Below are positions 39,360 to 44,613 of a stretch of DNA of 44,613 nucleotides, one piece after another (the stretch's first letter is position 1; each line of letters starts with the position of its first letter). Below the pieces are notes generated by a model. That model was not told where the DNA came from, did no database searches, and saw only the letters and a list, made by a program, of their open reading frames with translations. The translations under genes and the position numbers were made by a program. The stretch is taken from the sequence record SRR31156797_7337; one strand, given 5' to 3'.

Positions 39360-39494
39360 ATATCTAACGTTGAGTGTATGCGTAGTGGTAGACTTCGGAG
39401 CTTCTCGCTATCAAACAGTGATGGTGTTGATGCGAGCAAAAAGCCTGATAGTTAATACTTTATTCGCCATTACGTATGATACATTGTTAGCGTT
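39360..39494 (-). mobile_element. attC-like recombination site (long imperfect inverted repeat)
   Basis: Coding strand AACGCTAAC-AATGTATCATACGTAATGG...CCACTACGCATACACTCAAC-GTTAGATAT. Nested stems: 39364-68/39486-90, 39374-88/39467-82 with one bulged G, and 39404-17/39425-36. Confidence 0.75.
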
Positions 39495-39518
39495 TCGTGT
39501 TTTTATTTATTAATCTTT

Positions 39519-40613
39519 CTAGCTTTCCTTTTCAAAAAAACCAACTAAGATATCAGACAATACCTGGGGACTTTCAATAGCAGGGCAATGTCCAACATTG
39601 GGAATAATGTGTAGTTCTTTTTTATCCTTGGGTAAATTGGTTAATGCGTTATAAATTAATTCAGCGTGTCCTGTACCAACGACGTAATCTTGTTCGCCCT
39701 GAATAACAATTGTAGGTATCCTTATCTGCTTCAATTCAGATTCAATATTGATGTTGTTGTATGAAGGAGTGTTTCGAAAAGCGGTATTTACGATTTCTGC
39801 CTTTTCTCCAACCTCCGCATATTCCTCTTCTGAATATTTCATCAATCTCATTAAGGCGGAATCCTGTACTACATCTTTAAATGAAATAATCTTAGATGTA
39901 TCTGCGAAATATGCGTTAAATCCAAGCATAGCTGGAACCTCATGTTTCATCCAGTTTACATCTGTATGAAATTGCTCAAAATTACTGTTTTTAATCCGTT
40001 CCAATTCTGCTATAATATGCTCCAACTCAACTTTTTTTTCTTCAGAAATGTCAGTTTGAAGTATTTCAATTGCTCTATTAGTTTCAAAATCGATGAGTGA
40101 ATGGTTTTGATAATTGCTGTTAACTTTTCCATCAATGCAAGCATAAGAAAGTACTTTAGTTTGGTCTGTTAATAGATATAAAAAACCATACATTCCACCC
40201 CATGAAGTTCCCATGATATGGACTTTTTCTTTATCGTATTTTTGTCGCAAGGAATCAATTACAATATCCAAATCTTCAACATATTGCTCTACTGTAAGCA
40301 AGTCTTTATTTCTGCATTCCATAGATTTTCCGCATCCACGTTGATCCAAATATACAACCAGAAATTTATTTTCCAATCCTGGTCCCATTAATTTAATATC
40401 AATACCGGAATATCCACCCGGGCCGCCATGCAAATTAACAATCAAGGGGTTTTCAGGGTTTCCGCGCACTCTCACATAAAGTTCAGATTCTGGTACTTTT
40501 ACCATGATTTCATGGTCAATTTTTTTAATTTTCTCGCTACATGAAAAGGTTGATATTATCAAACCAGTAACACATATTAAGTAAAGAATTTTGAAGACTT
40601 TCAATTTATCCAT
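39519..40613 (-). CDS. Alpha/beta hydrolase lipoprotein, proline iminopeptidase-like (putative cassette 1 gene)
   Basis: LHGGPGG, DQRGCGKS, GTSWGG nucleophile, QGEQD, GHCP; lipobox STFSC; start probably ATG 40613. Confidence 0.88.
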   Translation of the reverse strand: MDKLKVFKILYLICVTGLIISTFSCSEKIKKIDHEIMVKVPESELYVRVRGNPENPLIVNLHGGPGGYSGIDIKLMGPGLENKFLVVYLDQRGCGKSMECRNKDLLTVEQYVEDLDIVIDSLRQKYDKEKVHIMGTSWGGMYGFLYLLTDQTKVLSYACIDGKVNSNYQNHSLIDFETNRAIEILQTDISEEKKVELEHIIAELERIKNSNFEQFHTDVNWMKHEVPAMLGFNAYFADTSKIISFKDVVQDSALMRLMKYSEEEYAEVGEKAEIVNTAFRNTPSYNNINIESELKQIRIPTIVIQGEQDYVVGTGHAELIYNALTNLPKDKKELHIIPNVGHCPAIESPQVLSDILVGFFEKES

Positions 40614-40684
40614 ATTAAATTTTGTTACAACTTTTTGTAAGTTAATTACCTTGAGTATCAATTATGAGAGAAGTTTTCAACATG

Positions 40685-40693
40685 AACGCTAAC
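40685..40693 (-). mobile_element. Putative cassette insertion point (G|TTAGCGTT core; attI-like or secondary site)
   Basis: Exact 9-bp reverse complement of the R''-like box at 39486-39494. Confidence 0.6.
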
Positions 40694-40762
40694 TATTATC
40701 GAAACGAGCATCATGTTCTTCTTGTTGCTTTTAATTTTTGTGTTTTGTTTTCTATTGCACAC

Positions 40763-40787
40763 CAAATTTAAAAATTATTACATCAAA
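40763..40787 (-). promoter_or_regulatory. Promoter upstream of the putative cassette array
   Basis: TAAATTTG (40763-40770) with TTTG (40784-40787); the 13-nt spacer is shorter than typical. Confidence 0.5.
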
Positions 40788-40791
40788 AAAG

Positions 40792-40818
40792 AAAAGGCCT
40801 TGATTTTTACAAGGCCTT
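40792..40818 (-). terminator. Intrinsic terminator of the secA-dapA transcript
   Basis: AAGGCCTTG-attttta-CAAGGCCTT, followed on the minus strand by TTCTTTTTT. Confidence 0.8.
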
Positions 40819-40821
40819 AAT

Positions 40822-41943
40822 TTATAGTTTTTTATGTGTGTCGTTCGGTTTTGTTGAGTCTGTAATGAGTAGATTCTGATCTTCAAGTTTCAAATAATAA
40901 ACTTTACGGTTATTGGCTGCAACTACAATGGTTTTATCAGGTAATACTGCCGGAGAGGCGAATACCTTACCACCGGTATCAAAAGTTGATATGATGCGTC
41001 CTGAACTGGATACTACATATAAGTTATGATCATAACTTCCGATACAAAAAGTAGTATCTGATAAAGCTCTTGGTGAAGCCACTACCCAGCCACCTGTTTT
41101 TATTTTTTTCTTTACATTCCCTTTATGGTCGGCCAGGTAAATGTATTTATCCATGGAGCCAAATACAATGGTGCCATCAGCTAATTGAATGGGAGAGGCG
41201 TGTATTCTGCCTCCGGTTTTTATTTGAAATGCTTTATTGGTTATCTCATCAAATATATAGAGTGACTTATCGTAGCTTCCAATTGCAATTTTTCCGTCTT
41301 GTAATAAGGCAGGTTTACTATGAACAACCCAATGCTTGGTTGGTATGTGCTGTTTAAGCTTCCCTTTTTTGTCAACTACAAATATTTGCTTGTCGTGCCC
41401 TCCAAAAACAACTCGTTCATCATTTATTATGGTAAGCCCCCCATGCACCATCTTTTTAGTGGCAAAGGCATAAGAAGAGCCATCAGGACGTATAAACTGT
41501 AGTTTTTTACGGTTTGTGCCAAAAACAAGGGTTCCATCAGCAAACTGCTCAATTTTACTAAAAATGCGGCCTCCGGGCTTTATTTTATTAATCACATTGC
41601 CAATTTTATCGAAGAAATAGACGTATTTATCATAACATCCGATGGCAATGGTACCATCCATAAGTTCACTGGCTGTGGCATGCACCCAACCGCCTGTACG
41701 AAATGTATTGATTACATTTCCAATTTTATCAAGGAAATAGATATTCTTACGATGACAGCCAAACACTACAGTGGTATCTTTGGTTACAATAGGTTCTCCA
41801 TAGATTTTCCCTCTTGTTTCAAAGATATTCAAAACTTTAATGTCCTTGCTGTGCTGCGCTAACCCTTCATTCCCAAAAGAAATAAAGCATAAGAGTAGAA
41901 TAGTAAATATTTTAGCGTTTGTGGCTAATTTGCTTGATTTCAT
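40822..41943 (-). CDS. Exported PQQ-like beta-propeller repeat protein
   Basis: About eight ~40-aa repeats such as IKTGGRIHASPIQLADGTIVFGSMDKYIYLAD; signal peptide; start overlaps the dapA end. Confidence 0.85.
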   Translation of the reverse strand: MKSSKLATNAKIFTILLLCFISFGNEGLAQHSKDIKVLNIFETRGKIYGEPIVTKDTTVVFGCHRKNIYFLDKIGNVINTFRTGGWVHATASELMDGTIAIGCYDKYVYFFDKIGNVINKIKPGGRIFSKIEQFADGTLVFGTNRKKLQFIRPDGSSYAFATKKMVHGGLTIINDERVVFGGHDKQIFVVDKKGKLKQHIPTKHWVVHSKPALLQDGKIAIGSYDKSLYIFDEITNKAFQIKTGGRIHASPIQLADGTIVFGSMDKYIYLADHKGNVKKKIKTGGWVVASPRALSDTTFCIGSYDHNLYVVSSSGRIISTFDTGGKVFASPAVLPDKTIVVAANNRKVYYLKLEDQNLLITDSTKPNDTHKKL

Positions 41944-42805
41944 TATCTAATTTACCATAAAGTGAACGACTAATTGTTGTAATGGGCGATCTCACTGCAG
42001 ACTGTGCAATATCCATAATTTGCAATGCTGCTTTGATACCCGATGGATTACCATCTTCGAAAATAAGTTCAGAAAAATGCAGTAAATCATAGTGCAATTT
42101 TCTTGCCTTTTCGATATCATTATTGATTCCAGCCCTTACCATTTCACTGAATGTTTTTGGATAAGCGTTGGCAGTCACTGAAATTACCCCATTGGCACCA
42201 GCTGCAATTAATGGCATTGTCAATGCATCTTCTCCTGATAACAATAAGAAATCGTCGGGTTTTTTCTTAGCTATTTTCATACATTGAACCAAATCGCCAG
42301 AAGCTTCTTTTACACCAATAATGTTGCTATTATTATGTGATAAATAAATTACTGTATCGGCTTCCATATTTTTTCCTGTTCTGCTTGGGACATTGTACAG
42401 AATTATAGGTACGGGTGATACTGCTGCTATGCTTGTAAAATGTTGAATAATTCCTTTTTGACTAGGTTTGTTGTAGTAGGGCACCACTGATAAAATTGCA
42501 TCAATATTGGTAAAATCAGTGTTTTGAATCTGTTTCACAACCTCACTGGTGCTATTGCCTCCAATACCCAATACAATTGGCAAGCGTCGATCATTTTGAT
42601 CAACTATAAAATTGATGACAGCTTCTCTTTCATCCTCATTTAGTGTTGGATACTCACTTGTGGTACCCATTACAACAAGGTAATCCACGCCATCTTCAAC
42701 CACATGTTCAACTAGTTGTTCAAGCGATTTAAAATCGATACTACCATCTTTTCTGAATGGCGTAACCAATGCAACTCCGGTACCTTCAAATTTTTTCTTA
42801 TGCAT
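41912..42805 (-). CDS. dapA: 4-hydroxy-tetrahydrodipicolinate synthase
   Basis: ALVTPF, MGTTSE, PYYNKP, LYNVPSRTG, GVKEASGD, NPSGIKAAL. Confidence 0.95.
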   Translation of the reverse strand: MHKKKFEGTGVALVTPFRKDGSIDFKSLEQLVEHVVEDGVDYLVVMGTTSEYPTLNEDEREAVINFIVDQNDRRLPIVLGIGGNSTSEVVKQIQNTDFTNIDAILSVVPYYNKPSQKGIIQHFTSIAAVSPVPIILYNVPSRTGKNMEADTVIYLSHNNSNIIGVKEASGDLVQCMKIAKKKPDDFLLLSGEDALTMPLIAAGANGVISVTANAYPKTFSEMVRAGINNDIEKARKLHYDLLHFSELIFEDGNPSGIKAALQIMDIAQSAVRSPITTISRSLYGKLDNEIKQISHKR

Positions 42806-42818
42806 AGTCAGTTATAGT

Positions 42819-43349
42819 TTATGTCGACTTCTTATTAATTACTGACAAATAATGAACTAGTCCCTGGTGATATTCATTTTGGTCAGATAATTTTGATTCT
42901 AATATAAAGTCATAATAGCTACTTAATTCATCTTTGGGTCCCGCCACTAATGCTGCATTGGATTGTGCACAAATATATGCCAATGGAAATGACGAGCTAA
43001 AATCTCCTTTTATCAGTAAATCAAATCTTTGCCTCACAAAATTAACAACTTCTTCTGATTTAGGTTTACCAATCCAATTTAAATCTTTCTTATAAAAAAA
43101 CTTTAGGCCTGTTTTTGCAGCCAATTCATCAGTAGGTTTCTTCAAATTGACAAATGCCATTACATCAACCTCTATATTCTGATCATGAAGAAACTTTGCC
43201 AATTTGGCCATATTTGATGCTGTTGCATCGCTGTCTCGTTCAAATAAAATACCTACTTTTTTCAAATCATCCAGGTTTTTAAAGATTTTACTTCTTTTTT
43301 CACCTGAAGGTTTGAGCGCTTTTTTTCTAAATATTGATTTTAATCCCAT
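42819..43349 (-). CDS. Conserved hypothetical protein (DUF6913-like)
   Basis: KKDLNWIGKPKSEEVVNF...FDLLI motif; position directly upstream of dapA. Confidence 0.75.
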   Translation of the reverse strand: MGLKSIFRKKALKPSGEKRSKIFKNLDDLKKVGILFERDSDATASNMAKLAKFLHDQNIEVDVMAFVNLKKPTDELAAKTGLKFFYKKDLNWIGKPKSEEVVNFVRQRFDLLIKGDFSSSFPLAYICAQSNAALVAGPKDELSSYYDFILESKLSDQNEYHQGLVHYLSVINKKST

Positions 43350-43385
43350 TACATACTTAAAATAAAGATAGAACTAGCTCAATCG

Positions 43386-44613
43386 CTATTCACCACTTGC
43401 TTTACCGTGACATTGTTTGTATTTTTTACCACTACCACAAGGACATGGTTCATTTCTACCAACTTTTTTCTCAACCTTAACCGGTTGTGGTTTTGCTTTC
43501 TCTTTTGTATTGGCTACTAGATCGTTACGTCTTGAAGTTTCGTATTTACTATAATCAGTTCTTTGACGTTCTGCTTGTTTCACCTGATCGTTATCTTTTA
43601 ACGGAATGAAAGCTTTCAATAGTACTGAAGTAACTTCTTTATTTACCTTATCGAGCATGGTTTTAAATAGCTCGAATGATTCAAATTTATAAATCAAAAG
43701 TGGATCTTTTTGCTCATAAGAAGCATTTTGCACAGAAGTTTTCAGATCGTCCATTTCACGCAAGTGCTCTTTCCATGCATCATCAATTACAGCAAGTGTA
43801 ATGAATTTTTCCAATGATCGCATAACTTCATCACCCTTCGTGTTGTAAGCTTTTTCAAGATTAACAACTACCTGGAATACTTTTACACCATCTGAAATAG
43901 GAATAACTATATTTTCATATTGATCTTTCTGGTTCTCATACACTTGATTTATAACAGGGGCTACCTGTTGAGCTATTATCTCTTCTTTACGAATAAAAGC
44001 TTGTTTTACTTCTTCAAACAACTTCTCAATAAGTAAATCGGGATCGCTTTTAGCAAATTCTTCAGCATCAAATGGTGATTCAATTGATAGGTGACGTATA
44101 AGCTCTAATTTGAATGTATCAAAGTCACTAATGCCATAATTATCGTTAATAATAGCTTCACAAACATCATACATCATGTTTGCTATGTCCACACCTAAAC
44201 GCTCTCCGTAAAGGGCATGGCGACGTTTGCTATATACAACCTCGCGTTGTGAGTTCATAACATCATCGTATTCGAGCAAACGCTTACGAATTCCAAAGTT
44301 ATTTTCTTCAACCTTTTTTTGCGCGCGTTCAATAGATTTGGTAATCATAGAATGCTGAATTACTTCACCTTCTTTGATTCCCAGGCGGTCCATCATTTTT
44401 GCAATACGCTCAGAACCGAATAATCGCATTAAATCGTCTTCCAATGAAACAAAGAACTGTGATGAACCCGGATCACCCTGACGACCTGCACGCCCGCGTA
44501 GCTGACGATCCACACGACGAGACTCGTGTCTTTCAGTAGCTACAATGGCTAAACCACCTGCTTTTTTAACTTCTTCAGATAATTTAATGTCAGTACCACG
44601 ACCAGCCATGTTT
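43386..44613 (-). CDS. secA: Preprotein translocase SecA (C-terminal part; 5' end outside the window)
   Basis: [50 protein letters not shown] motif [19 protein letters not shown]. Confidence 0.97.
   Translation of the reverse strand, partial: NMAGRGTDIKLSEEVKKAGGLAIVATERHESRRVDRQLRGRAGRQGDPGSSQFFVSLEDDLMRLFGSERIAKMMDRLGIKEGEVIQHSMITKSIERAQKKVEENNFGIRKRLLEYDDVMNSQREVVYSKRRHALYGERLGVDIANMMYDVCEAIINDNYGISDFDTFKLELIRHLSIESPFDAEEFAKSDPDLLIEKLFEEVKQAFIRKEEIIAQQVAPVINQVYENQKDQYENIVIPISDGVKVFQVVVNLEKAYNTKGDEVMRSLEKFITLAVIDDAWKEHLREMDDLKTSVQNASYEQKDPLLIYKFESFELFKTMLDKVNKEVTSVLLKAFIPLKDNDQVKQAERQRTDYSKYETSRRNDLVANTKEKAKPQPVKVEKKVGRNEPCPCGSGKKYKQCHGKASGE

Noticed and set aside
39331-39513. 60-aa + strand ORF
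   Set aside because: TTG start, lies across the attC-like hairpin antisense to both neighbours, and has no protein features.
1691-41862. Remaining short ORFs nested in or antisense to long genes, including 34465-34947
   Set aside because: They overlap well-supported CDSs and show no motifs or credible starts.

Overview
A 44.6 kb low-GC Bacteroidota chromosomal segment, probably Bacteroidales/Marinilabiliales-like. The assignment rests on TAnnTTTG promoters, a T9SS C-terminal domain, a TonB receptor and the gene repertoire. It is mostly housekeeping and envelope genes: a partial acyl-CoA carboxyltransferase, mce, a GH3/beta-lactamase fusion, tricorn protease, a propeller-SpoIIE sensor, an ErcA/ErcS-like pair, a class III cyclase, peptidases, slyD, gltP, relA/spoT, fur, ahpC, malQ, dapA and a partial secA. 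No rRNA, tRNA, CRISPR array, transposase or integrase was seen. The main unexplained structure is at about 38.6-40.8 kb: two accessory genes arranged like integron gene cassettes. They are separated by a ~130-bp attC-like hairpin. The first cassette's 5' boundary (G|TTAGCGTT) is exactly complementary to its own R''-like box, a promoter lies upstream, and there is no integrase in the window. A second signal is a T9SS gene bracketed by a 27-bp direct repeat that duplicates a neighbouring gene's 3' end inside 7-bp repeat arrays. A sigma54-type promoter with tandem TGT-N10-ACA sites precedes a DUF5916-like gene. All calls are by-eye motif recognition; no searches or folding programs were run.
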